A stretch of DNA of 64,000 nt, taken from contig NIVC01000430.1 in assembly GCA_002269645.1 (NCBI GenBank), positions 136,766 to 200,765 on the forward strand, read 5' to 3'. The notes below the pieces were generated by a model. That model was not told the origin of the DNA. It saw only the letters and a program-made list of their open reading frames with translations, and did not search any database. Position 1 is the first letter of the stretch, and every line of letters starts with the position of its first letter. This document shows, piece by piece, positions 30,840 through 43,700 of the stretch. The stretch comes from Macrostomum lignano. Taxonomy: Eukaryota. Made by a program: the position numbers and the translations under genes.

Positions 30840-33800
30840 CTATCGGTGTGTTTCTATGCGGCTTCCCAAGAGACGTTTCTTGGGGGGGGGGGGGCTTCTC
30901 TCCGAGTCTGTTTGTTAAACATTCGAAGATGGGAGAATAAAAATTAAGCAAAATTCCTTTTTTGCGTCTCACATCGCGAATAAAAAATTCTATACTTTTC
31001 GAGTTTTTTTGTTGAAATTTAATTTGAAAACTGTTTACGCGCATGATATGCACTTCTGGTTTGTTGTCCACAATGTGTCCGTGGAAGGCTGGGTAAGTGC
31101 ACTTAATCCTTTTTAGTGATATTTTTATCCTTAGGAGAGGTCATGGGGGTCAGATGCCCTCCCTCTGACATTTGAGATTCACTATTGCTTTGCTAGCAAT
31201 AGGGTACCATTCAGGAGAGGTCAAAGGGGTCATATGCCCCCCCCCCCCTAGTTTATAATGTAGGAGGTCATGTTCTCTGAAAAAATCTGAAGCATGCATT
31301 TAAACAACTGCAAGCTTATTCTGAATCATGCATTTAAACACCTGAGCACTTATTCTGAATCATGCATTTAAACACCTGAGCTCTTATTCTGAATCATGCA
31401 TTTAAACACCTGAGCGCTTATTCTGAATCATGCATTTAAACACCTGAGCGCTTATTCTGAATCATGCATTTAAACACCTGAGCACTTATTCTGAATCATG
31501 CATTTAAACACCTGAGCTCTTATTCTGAATCATGCATTTAAACACCTGAGCTCTTATTCTGAATCATGCATTTAAACACCTGAGCGCTTATTCTGAATCA
31601 TGCATTTAAACACCTGAGCGCCTATTGGCAGTCTGAGTGCACACGACCTTGCGTTGCGTCTTATCTCTGTCTCTCTCCCACCCTAGTCGAAGTTTCGTCG
31701 CTGAGACTTATGTGAATATCGCCTAATAAAAATTATTAAGCATCACCCCAAAAAGTCTGCTCCAATTCTCTTCAAATAGTGCTGCGCGTATTTGAGGAAG
31801 CAAGGGACAACACGGAGCAGTCACGATCGGCAAATATCCCCATGGCTATGGGATTTAACTGCTCTAAGAATAATATTAGTGTCAACCGCATAAGGAAAAG
31901 TCACACACTGGTTTTGATAATTTAGTTTCAAGTCACCTGACACAATTTTTTGAAATTTCAAAGCTTCGGATCCGAAGTTTGTAAAATTGATCTTTAAAAA
32001 AACTTCATTGCCTCCACTAAGTACGGAATGATAAGGTGTTACCTAAGATGTGTCCACTAATAAACGGGGTGGCTCAAGGTTGTATCCACTGGCGATCAGG
32101 TTGGTTCAAGGTTGTATCCACTGGCGATCAGGTTGGTTCAAGGTTGTGTCCACTGGTGATCAGGTTGGTTCAAGGTTGTGTCCACTGGTGATCAGGTTGG
32201 TTCAAGGTTGTGTCCACTGGTGATCAGGTTGGTTCAAGGTTGTGTCCACTGGTGATCAGGTTGGTTCAAGGTTGTGTCCACTGGTGATCAGGTTCTTTCA
32301 AGGTTGTGTCCACTGGTGATCAGGTTGGTTCAAGGTTGTGTCCACTGGTGAACGGGGTGGCTCAAGGTTGTGTCCACTGGCGATCAGGTTGGTTCAAGGT
32401 TGTGTCCACTGGTGATCAGGTTGGTTCAAGGTTGTGTCCACTGGTGAACGGGGTGGCTCAAGGTTGTGTCCACTGGCGATCAGGTTGGTTCAAGGTTGTG
32501 TCCACTGGTGATCAGGTTGGTTCAAGGTTGTGTCCACTGGTGATCAGGTTGGTTCAAGGTTGTGTCCACTGGTGATCAGGTTGGTTCAAGGTTGTGTCCA
32601 CTGGTGAACGGGGTGGCTCAAGGTTGTGTCCACTGGCGATCAGGTTGGTTCAAGGTTGTGTCCACTGGTGATCAGGTTGGTTCAAGGTTGTGTCCACTGG
32701 TGAACGGGGTGGCTCAAGGTTGTGTCCACTGGCGATCAGGTTGGTTCAAGGTTGTGTCCACTGGTGATCAGGTTGGTTCAAGGTTGTGTCCACTGGTGAT
32801 CAGGTTGGTTCAAGGTTGTGTCCACTGGTGATCAGGTTGGTTCAAGGTTGTGTCCACTGGTGATCAGGTTGGTTCAAGGTTGTGTCCACTGGTGATCAGG
32901 TTGGTTCAAGGTTGTGTCCACTGGCGATCAGGTTGGTTCCAGCTCAAGGTTGTGTCCGCTGGTGAGCGGGGTGTTTTAGAATTGTATTCGTTGACGCAAT
33001 GAAATGGTACAAGTTCTAAATAGCCAAAAAGATTAATTTGCAAAAGCCATTTTATTTATACGATTTGCGCAGATTACAAAAACGATCAACTTTGAACGGC
33101 ACAAAAAATTCAGTCCTCACTAATCCCAGACAGTTGACTCAGTCACTCCGTGCTCCATGCCAGCTCACTGCTCACCCGAGATGGACACTGCAGCAATACG
33201 TCCAAACAGTTCCTTGTCGGGCTTGAGCAGCAACAATTTCTCCTTGTACGAGAACAATCTGGTGTCGTTAACAACTTCGTTGAATGCCCGTCTGAGTTGG
33301 TTGATGCGTCTGCGCAGAGTTGACACCAGCACAGCGTAGCAGAACCCGGCTAGGAGACGGAACAGCAGAAGAAGAGCTATCAGCCAAGTGAGCGCCTTGG
33401 CCAGCACAGACGCCAGAGTGACTAATTGCATAGGTAGCATCATATATCGCTTTTTATATAGGCTTGTGTTTTTTCTCTCTGCTGTTCTATTGCACTTTCG
33501 GGGGTGCAGCTTGCAACGTTTTTACCATAGACAACTAAGGAATCTTCAGTATAGCCAACCGATGCGAACGGGAGCTTCACAGGGCAAAATTGCATATTGG
33601 CTTTATAATGCGCATTCTATGGTCAGAATAATGGTCTCGAGGCGAGCAAAGCTAAAGCTCGTTAACAAAACATTATTGATCTTAGAGAGTTCTCCTGCGA
33701 TATTTATACCAATCAATGCAAATCTCCAAGGCACAGAGAGTGTAACATGCCTGAAGATTAGAAAGTTATTACCCTGTGTGAGCGTGTGTATGAGTGCGTT

Positions 33801-36747
33801 CCTGCGTACAGTATAAGATAGCACCTCCATCAGACAGCCACCCCATCAGACAGCCACCCCATCAGACAGCCACCCCATCAGACAGCCACCCCATCAGACA
33901 GCCACCCCATCAGACAGCCACCCCCACCAGACAGCCACCCCATCAGACAGCCACCCCATCAGACAGCCACTCCATCAGACAGCCACCCCCACCAGACAGC
34001 CACCCCATCAGACAGCCACCCCATCAGACAGCCACCCCATCAGACAGCCACCTCATCAGACAGCCACCCCATTAGACAGCCACCCCATCAGACAGCCACC
34101 CCCACCAGACAGCCACCCCATCAGACAGCCACCTCCACCAGACAGCCACCCACACCAGACAGCCACCCCATCAGACAGCCACCCCATCAGACAGCCACCC
34201 CATCAGACAGCCACCCCTACCAGACAGCCACCCACACCAGACAGCCACCCCATCAGACAGCACCCCATCAGACAGCCACCCCATCAGACAGCCACCTCAT
34301 CAAACAGCCACCCCATCAGACAGCCACCCTATCAGACAGCCACCCCCACCAGACAGCCAGCCCATCAGACAGCCACCCCATCAGACAGCCACCCCATCAG
34401 ACAGCCATCCCATCAGACAGCCATCCCATCAGACAGCCACCCCCACCAGACAGCCACCCCATCAGACAGCCACCCCCACCAGACAGCCACCCCATCAGAC
34501 AGCCACCCCATCAGACAGCCACCCCATCAGACAGCCATCCCATCAGACAGCCAGCCCATCAGACAGCCACCCCATCAGACAGCCACCCCACCAGACAGTC
34601 ATCCCCACCAGACAGCCACCCCATCAGACAGCCACCCCATCAGACAGCCACCCCATCAGACAGCCACCCCATAAGATAACACCCATTAAAACAAAAGCAA
34701 AGCTTTGATTCTAAGCACATATACCATGACCAACAGTGCATAGTTTCTTTACGAGTAATTGGTAATTAATATTTACTTTAATAAAACTCATTTCTAGAGA
34801 TATATTTCTAAAATAAAATGCCTATCATTTAAGCGTTGAAGCAAAGAAAGTGATGTAATAATAAGATTAATAAGAGTAATGAAATCCCCTAAATAAAAGT
34901 CTATTTTTGCAAGCGTACATGCAGCAACTCTATAGGCATAAGTTAGTAAATAATGGAATTAATAATTTACTATGGCTAATATACGTCGTTACAGAAGTCG
35001 GTTTTGCAGCGAATGCAACTGGAAAAAGTGCAGGTTGGACATTTCGGCTCGCAGTCGCCGCAGCCAGCGCTGACTGTCTGAAAAAGAATTAAAATTTCGA
35101 AATTTGTAGCATTCTACTACTTGTAGTAAAAATTCTAGAAACTTATCTGTATATTGTAAGTTACTGAAACATATATTCATTTTTTAGCTGATTTTATACA
35201 TGCAACAAAGATAAGAGAAGTGAGACAGAGAGACAAGAGAGATGCCCATTAGAGACAGAGAGATACGTACCCATTAGAGAGACACAGATACCCATTAGAG
35301 AGACGGAGATACCCATTAGGGAGATAGAGAAATACCCATCAGAGGCGCTCTATCTAATGTTAGAGTACCCAGCCTCAAATCGTCAGATCAGTACAAAACC
35401 CCTGCAGAAGAAAGAGTGCTGTTTTACCAAAACAAATTTCCTGCAAGGGGAAATTGCTCACAGAGTAGTGCTCCTTCTTGGGATCGAAGAATTGTCCAGA
35501 ATTCGAATTCGAGGTATGGGTGTAGGTCACCTCGACTTTAACGTGGCATTCGAAAAATTTCCTGTGACATTCGCCGCGTATAGGCATGGCAGAGGTTGGC
35601 CAAATGCCCTGCCGCTTGTAATAGACGCATTTTATTGCCTTGGTCGGCTGCTCTGCGGGCGCGGGTTCGAGTTCCTCTTCACTACACTCTACTCCTCCTA
35701 ACTACACTCTACTCCTCCTAACTACACTCTACTCCTCTCAACTACTCTCTACTCCTCTCAACTACACTCTACTCCTCCTAACTACACTCTACTCCTCCTA
35801 ACTACACTCTACTCCTCCTAACTACACTCTACTCCTTCTAACTACACTCTACTCCTCCCAACTACACTCTACTCCTCCCAACTACACTCTACTCCTCCCA
35901 ACTACACTCTACTCCTCCCAACTACACTCTACTCCTCCTAACTACACTCTACTCCTAACTACACTCTACTCCTCCCAACTACACTCTACTCCTCCCAACT
36001 ACACTCTACTCCTCCCAACTACACTCTACTCCTCCCAACTACACTCTACTCCTCTCAACTACACTCTACTCCTCCCAACTACACTCTAATACTCCCAACT
36101 ACACTCTACTCCTCCCAACTACACTCTACTCCTCTCAACTACACTCTACTACTCTCAACTATATTTTACTCAAATCAACTTTAATAATATTCATACTTAC
36201 GATTGAACAGTAAAAATAGTACAGTTATCACAACCGTGAACGCTGGTCTGGGCATCTGTTGCCAATTAGCTTCTTTTATTAGGCAAAATTTTCTTCTTCC
36301 ACCCAAGTCAAGATGAAAATAGCCTTTTCGCTTTGTTGGCACAAGCTGTAGTCTAACAGCAAAAATGTTAATATTGAGATTTTTTAGACATTTAGTGTTT
36401 TGCAATAGTCTATGGTTAAAACCAAAGTGCTTTATTTTTATCACATCGTATCCTTGGTACTGGCGCCCCTTGGTGCTGGCGCCCCTTGATTAATATCTTT
36501 GATTAATATTGCATTTCACGACAGGAGTATAATATATATTCAGCCTAGTGACAGTAAGGGATAATTGCTACGTCGAATCCCCGATAATTAGAAGTTTTAG
36601 TAACTATAATTTTTTACGAATCGGTGATTTTTTATGTACTTTTCACATGACCGAAGCCAAAAGCTCAGTCAGTCAGTCAGACAGTCACTGGCACTGCTCA
36701 GCAACTTCCTGACAAGGGAGCTTGGAGCATTGTGCAGAGCATGCCAT
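30840..36747 (-). CDS. Orphan membrane protein, ~250 aa; exons 36689-36747, 35428-35681, 34993-35077, 33710-33750, 33176-33421, 30840-30907
   Basis: Six GT..AG exons chain in phase (753 nt): MACSAQCSKLPCQEVAEQCHEEELEPAPAEQPTKAIKCVYYKRQGIW...LQEICFDSQRWLRRLRAEMSNLHFFQLHSLQNRLLHVTLSVPWRFALIVTLASVLAKALTWLIALLLLFRLLAGFCYAVLVSTLRRR...SPPPPKKRLLGSRIETHR. Start exon uncertain; no family recognised. Confidence 0.5.
31294..31622. repeat. 34-bp minisatellite (ATGCATTTAAACACCTGAGC[A/G/T]CTTATTCTGAATC)
   Basis: About 10 copies, no unique spacers. Confidence 0.95.
32050..32965. repeat. 32-bp minisatellite (CAAGGTTGTGTCCACTGGTGATCAGGTTGGTT) with a 256-bp higher-order duplication
   Basis: About 28 copies; identical ORF translations start at 32306 and 32562. 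Confidence 0.95.
33820..34672. repeat. 16-bp minisatellite (ATCAGACAGCCACCCC)
   Basis: About 50 copies, bracketed by the direct repeat ATAAGATA(G/A)CACC. Confidence 0.97.
35682..36165. repeat. 20-bp minisatellite (ACTACACTCTACTCCTCC[T/C]A)
   Basis: About 24 copies abutting the exon 35428-35681 acceptor. Confidence 0.97.
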
Positions 36748-37761
36748 AGTAAACCCTAATTACATGGTCACAAAGAAACTCCCCCCGTGTTGACCTAACC
36801 ACGACTAATTCTAAAGTTAGCGAAACAAATATAAAAACGACTTTATATTGCATTAATCGAATTATAAACATTGCGCTTATATCTCGCAGAGAGTTTCCAA
36901 AAATTCTGGCGGCACAGCACAGACAAGGCAATAATAGTCGTGGCAAGCAGCAAAAGGAAAAAGGCACCACCTTGGGCTGCGGCCTAGATGCCTCTTTGGA
37001 TTGGACCGAGGGCCCGAATTCGTGCGCGTGCGCCGTGCGTTTTCTGTCTGTGAGGGAGAGGACGGGAGAGGAGGAAAGGAAAAAAAACTGGGCCGCCAGT
37101 CAACCCACGGCTTAAGCTTTAGTTCAGGTTCAACTGTTCAGGGAGCAGAACACAATCCAGTCGGCAAAGCCTGTCCAAAAATATTGTGTGTTGTGCAAAA
37201 GTTAAACTCTCCGCCTCCTCTCCCTCTCCTCTCAGCATGGATTGGATTGAAACCGGCGCTACCCTGGCGCGTATGTACATTCTAGCGGTGGGGAATCACG
37301 TGATCAAATTGTACACTAATCCATTGTACAGTGTCAGATAGAGTTTGGAAAAGGGAGAGAGGGAAAGAGAGAAAAAAGGGGGTGGCGGGGCGCAGTGCTA
37401 GCAGGCATTCACTACATACACATAACAGATTCTACTTGGCTTAGTCCACTATCTCACACACGAACACTCCGCCTGCTGACTGAATATATTTTGGCACTGC
37501 ATTTAAAACACAGAAACTCTTAAATTCATTGGGCTGGCAAAGAAGGCCGCCCCTCGGGCAAGATATAATAAATAAAGCGCTTTACTTTTTCAAAGCACAT
37601 CAAACGAAGTTCTGTGCATTTGTCTGCTTACTCTTTGTGTTCAGACACAAATTTTCGACTGGTAAGAGTGAAAGAAACGAGAACAGCACTGAAGATTGAA
37701 GTTTTAACAATTCTGTCGTTGACGTTAGACATATAGCTTTATTTTAATATTAATTATTACA

Positions 37762-40700
37762 ATGACGCTTGCAACAACTTGTCGTCGACTGCTGACTCCG
37801 GCGGCAACCGCCTTGCGTCGTTACTATTCGCCAACTTCTGATTCGCCTCGCAATCGAGTCGCTATTCTGGGCGCCTGCGGCGGTCTCGGCCAGCCATTGT
37901 CACTAATAATGAAGCGCTCGGAATATATTGCCGAATTGGCGCTATACGACAAAGTGGACACCGCCGGCTTGTGCGCCGATCTTAGTCACATCTCGACTAA
38001 GGCGGCGATCAAAGGCTACCAGGGTGGCGATCAGCTAGGCGACTGCCTGACTGGCTGCAGCGTGGTGGTCATGATTGCTGGGATTCGGAGGTGAGGTCGG
38101 CTAGATTAATAGAATTTTTACCATAGCTCGTCTATGAACCATCCCTCCCAACAATCTCCTTATAGGACCCATTTATCAAGTACCCCAATCTCTCTCTATG
38201 ACCCACTAATCAAACACGCCAATCTCTTTCTATGACGCACTAATCAAACACCCCAATCTCCTTCTATGACCCATTTAGCCAACACCCCAATCTCCTTCTA
38301 TGACCCATTTAGCCAACACCCCAATCTCCTTCTATGACCCATTTAGCCAACACCCCAATCTCCTTCTATGACCCATTTAGCCAACACTCCAATCTCCTTC
38401 TATGACCCATTTAGCCAACACCCTAATCTCCTTCTATGACCCATTTAGCCAACACTCCAATCTCCTTCTATGACCCATTTAGCCAACACCCTAATCTCCT
38501 TCTATGACCCATTTAGCCAACACTCCAATCTCCTTCTATGACCCATTTAGCCAACACCCCAATCTCCCTCTATGACCCATTTAGCCAACACCCTAATCTT
38601 CTTCTATGACCCATTTAGCCAACACCCCAATCTCTTTCTATGACGCACTAATCAAACACCCCAATCTCCTTCTATGACCCATTTAGCCAACACCCCAATC
38701 TCCTTCTATGACCCATTTAGCCAACACCCCAATCTCCTTCTATGACCCATTTAGCCAACACCCCAATCTCCTTCTATGACCCATTTAGCCAACACCCCAA
38801 TCTCCTTCTATGACCCATTTAGCCAACACCCCAATCTCCTTCTATGACCCATTTAGCCAACACCCCAATCTCCTTCTATGACCCATTTAGCCAACACCCC
38901 AATCTCCTTCTATGACCCATTTAGCCAACACCCCAATCTTCTTCTTCTTCTTCTTCTAATATACTAAAAATGAAATGCTTGGTTGCTTGCTTGTAATTGA
39001 TTTTCTCCCGAACGGCTCAACCGATTTTCTTCAAACTTGCACCATTCGATCAGAAATTTTCCCGGGACGGTACATGCATATTGGCTAAGAAATTGCTCAA
39101 TGTTAAAGGGATTAAATATTCGAAAAACATGATTTTTTGCAAAGGTCAAGCAGCTCTTTCGACCTGAAATGCATTGTAAGAATGCTAGAGAAAAACTGAC
39201 TGGTTGAATTCTGATTCTGAAATAGATTGCATCACAATACACTTTATTTATCGTCTGTGTACTGGCTGAATTTGACACTCAATTGAATTGCGTCACAGCT
39301 TTGAGGGTGAAAGTATAGTGCAGTACTGAATTTATATTACGTAACCATATTGTTAACTTTCATAGACACTGGTACTGACTTGCCTAAGAAATTGATTATG
39401 TCATAACTGCTTCGCGTGACTTTTTACTCTACCTGACTTGGTGTGAGTGTTGAATTAATTATATAAGTGGTACAAATTCACTGATAACTTCGATGAGAGC
39501 TAGCCTAGAGCTGAGCAGACCAGACTGCTAATGCAGCGACCTGGGTTCGAATCTAAGTAGTTTAAAAGTAGTAGTGTAAAATTTTTTATTAAAAGCTTTT
39601 ATTAAAGGACTAAATAAAAACACTTAGATTACTGCACTCGATAAGCTAAGGATTATTGCTCTTGGCAAACCAAGGAATACTGCACTCGATAAGCCAAGGA
39701 TTATTGCTCTTGGCAAACCAAGGATTACTGCACTCGATAAGCCATGGATTATTGCTATTAATAAACCAAGGATTACTGCACTCGATAAGCCAAGGATTAT
39801 TGCTATTAATAAACCATGAATTACTGCACTCGATAAGCCAAGGATTATTGCTATTAATAAACCAAGGATTACTGCACTCATAAGCCATGGATTATTGCTA
39901 TTAATAAACCAAGGATTACTGCACTCGATAAGCCAAGGATTATTGCTATTAATAAACCAAGGATTACTGCACTCGATAAGCCAAGGATTATTGCTATTAA
40001 TAAACCAAGGATTACTGCACTCGATAAGCCAAGGACTATTGCTATTAATAAACCAAGGATTACTGCACTCAATAAACCAAGGACTATTGCTCTTGGCAAA
40101 CCAAGGATTACTGCACTCGATAAGCCAAGGACTATTGCTCTTGGCAAACCAAGGATTACTGCACTCGATAAGCCATGGATTATTGCTATTAATAAACCAA
40201 GGATTACTGCACTCGATAAGCCAAGGATTATTGCTATTAATAAACTAAGGATTACTGCACTCGATAAACCAAGGATTATTGCTATTAATAAACCAAGGAT
40301 TATGCACTTGGCAAACCAAGGATTACTGCAATCGATAAGCCAAGGATTATTGCTATTAATAAACCAAGCATTACTGCACTCAATAAACCAAGGACTATTG
40401 CTATTAATAAACCAAGGATTACTGCACTCAAAAAACCAAGGACTATTGCTCTTGGCAAACCAAGGATTACTGCACTCGATAAGCCAAGGATTATTGCTAT
40501 TAATAAACCAAGGATTACTGCACTCGATAAGCCAAGGATTATTGCTATTAATAAACCAAGGATTAATGCACTCGATAAACCAAGGATTATTGCTATTAAT
40601 AAACCAAGGATTACTGCACTCGATAAGCCAAGGATTATTGCTATTAATAAACCAAGGATTATGCACTTGGCAAACCAAGGATTACTGCACTCGATAAGCC

Positions 40701-43700
40701 AAGGATTATTGCTATTAATAAACCAAGGATTACTGCACTCAATAAACCAAGGACTATTGCTATTAATAAACCAAGGATTACTGCACTCAATAAACCAAGG
40801 ACTATTGCTCTTGGCAAACCAAGGATTACTGCACTCGATAAGCCAAGGACTATTGCTCTTGGCAAACCAAGGATTACTGCACTCGATAAGCCATGGATTA
40901 TTGCTATTAATAAACCAAGGATTACTGCACTCGATAAGCCAAGGATTATTGCTATTAATAAACCAAGGATTACTGCACTCGATAAACCAAGGATTATGCA
41001 CTTGGCAAACCAAGGATTACTGCACTCGATAAGCCAAGGATTATTGCTATTAATAAACCAAGGATTACTGCACTCAATAAACCAAGGACTATTGCTATTA
41101 ATAAACCAAGGATTACTGCACTCAATAAACCAAGGACTATTGCTCTTGGCAAACCAAGGATTACTGCACTCGATAAGCCAAGGACTATTGCTCTTGGCAA
41201 ACCAAGGATTACTGCACTCGATAAGCCATGGATTATTGCTATTAATAAACCAAGGATTACTGCACTCGATAAGCCAAGGATTATTGCTATTAATAAACCA
41301 AGGATTACTGCACTCGATAAACCAAGGATTATTGCTATTAATAAACCAAGGATTATGCACTTGGCAAACCAAGGATTACTGCACTCGATAAGCCAAGGAT
41401 TATTGCTATTAATAAACCAAGGATTACTGCACTCGATAAGGCATGGATTATTGCTATTAATAAACCAAGGATTACTGCACTCGATAAGCCAAGGATTATT
41501 GCTATTAATAAACCATGAATTACTGCACTCGATAAGCCAAGGATTATTGCTATTAATAAACCAAGGATTACTGCACTCGATAAGCCATGGATTATTGCTA
41601 TTAATAAACCAAGGATTACTGCACTCGATAGCCAAGGATTACTGCGCTTGATAAGCTTGGCTACATGTATAGGATTATTTCTATCCAGGGATGCTTGCTA
41701 TTTAGGGATTCTTGCTATGTGCAGGATGCTTGCTATCTGGAAGGATGATTCTACATTATTTGGGGTATGCTTGCTATCTGCAAGATGCTTGCTATCTGCA
41801 AGATGCTTGCTATCTGCAGATGCTTGCTATCTGGGTGGATGCTTGCTAGGAGTATTAGGGGATGCTTGCTACTGGGGGGATGCTTGCTGTCTTGGGAATA
41901 TTTTCTATTTAGGGGTAATGACTAAAATTCATGAGAGCTAGCCTAGAGGTAAACAGACTAAACTGCTAAATGCAGGGACGATGGTTCGAATTTTTAGAGA
42001 GTAGAGTTTTTTTAATTAAAGCCTTTTAACGCCAAGACAAAAAAAATTATGGAAGCGTCATGTAAACAATCATACAAGCGTCATGTAAACAATCATAGAA
42101 GCGTCATGTAAACAATCATAGAAGCGTCATGTAAAAATCATAGAAGCGTCATGTAAAAATCATAGAAGCGTAATGTAAACAATCATAGAAGCGTCATGTT
42201 AAAATCATAAAAGCGTCATGTAAACAATCATACAAGCGTCATGTAAACAATCATAGAAGCGTCATGTAAAAAAATCATAGAAGCGTCATGTTAAAATCAT
42301 AAAAGCGTCATAAAAAATCATAGAAGCGTCATGCAAGCAATCATAGAAGCGTAATGTAAACAATCATAGAAGCGTCATGTTAAAATCATACAAGCGTCAT
42401 GTAAACAATCATACAAGCGTCATGTAAACAATCATAGAAGCGTCATGTAAAAAAATCGTAGAAGCGTCATGTTAAAATCATAGAAGCGTCATGTAAAAAT
42501 CATAGAAGCGTCATGTAAAAATCATAGAAGCGTCATGTAAAAAATCATAGAAGCGTCATGTAAAAATCATACAAGCGTCATGTAAAAAATCATAGAAGCG
42601 TCATGTAAAAATCATAGAAGCGTCATGTAAAAAATCATAGAAGCGTCATGTAAAAATCATACAAGCGTCATGTAAACAAGCATAGAAGCGTCATGAAAAA
42701 ATTATAGAAGCCTCATATAAAAACTAATGAAAGTGTGTCATTTAAAAAATTAAGAAGCATCATGGAAGAATAAAAGAAGCGTAACGTAAAAATCAAAAGA
42801 AGCGTCATGTCAGACATGAAAGAAATGTCATATAAAAATTAAATGAAGCTATAGTACAGTGCTGTGCTGGGGAGAATTACTGAGACGTCAAGGCTCACAG
42901 AGAATAACTGAGATTACAGGGGGTTTCTGAGATGTTAAAGCAAAAGTCAGAAGCTACTTCAAAGTACATGTACTTTACTTAAGTTTTTTATTGCACACGG
43001 CTTGCCACGGTGGGGGGGGGGCGCTGATAGAAGAAGAGTCATGTAAAAATAAAAGGAGCACTATGTATACATAAAATAAAAGTCATGTCAAAGTTAAAAG
43101 ATTCATTTGGGAATTGCTACGATGTCAAAGCTTGGAGGGAATCGTTATAGTGCTGTGATTCTTAAAGAAGGAATCACTTAAATGCCAAGGCTTAGGGAAG
43201 AAGAATTGCTGTGATTTCAAGGCTTTAGGTTGGGTGAAAGTTAGGTTTACGTCAGGTTTGGGTTGAGGGTTAGATTTTAGCGCGTTTCAAGGTTAACAGG
43301 GGATTTTTTAGATTTCAAGGTTTATGGGGGCATCGCTGACATGTCAAGGCTTACGAGGGGAATCTATCTATCTATCTATAGCTGAGATGTCAAGGCTCAC
43401 GGGGGAATAAATGAGATGTCAAGGCTAATGTCAGAAGCTACATGTAGTTTATTGGAAAAAAGTTATTACATTATTTGTTGGCTCCTCACGGGAGGGATCG
43501 CTGATAGAAAAAGCGTAATGTAAAAAAAAAGAAGCTTCATGTCAAAGTTAAGAGATTCATTTGGGAATCCCTACGATGTCGAGGCTTGCAGGGAATCGCT
43601 ATAATGCTGTAGTAGTGCTATAGACTCTTAGAGAGAATTACTGAAATTTCAATGCTTTAGGGTTAGGGTTAGGGTTAGGGTTAGGGTTAGAAAATAGACA

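Noticed and set aside
31294-31622. CRISPR-like appearance of ~34-bp repeats (also 32050-32965, 38145-38936, 39628-41650)
   Set aside because: Units are contiguous with no unique spacers, there are no cas genes, and the context is eukaryotic introns.
39624-41651. ORFs with SNPWFINSNNPWLIEC / LLLINQGLLHSI repeats
   Set aside because: Products of the 48-bp satellite inside the Helitron; open in multiple frames.
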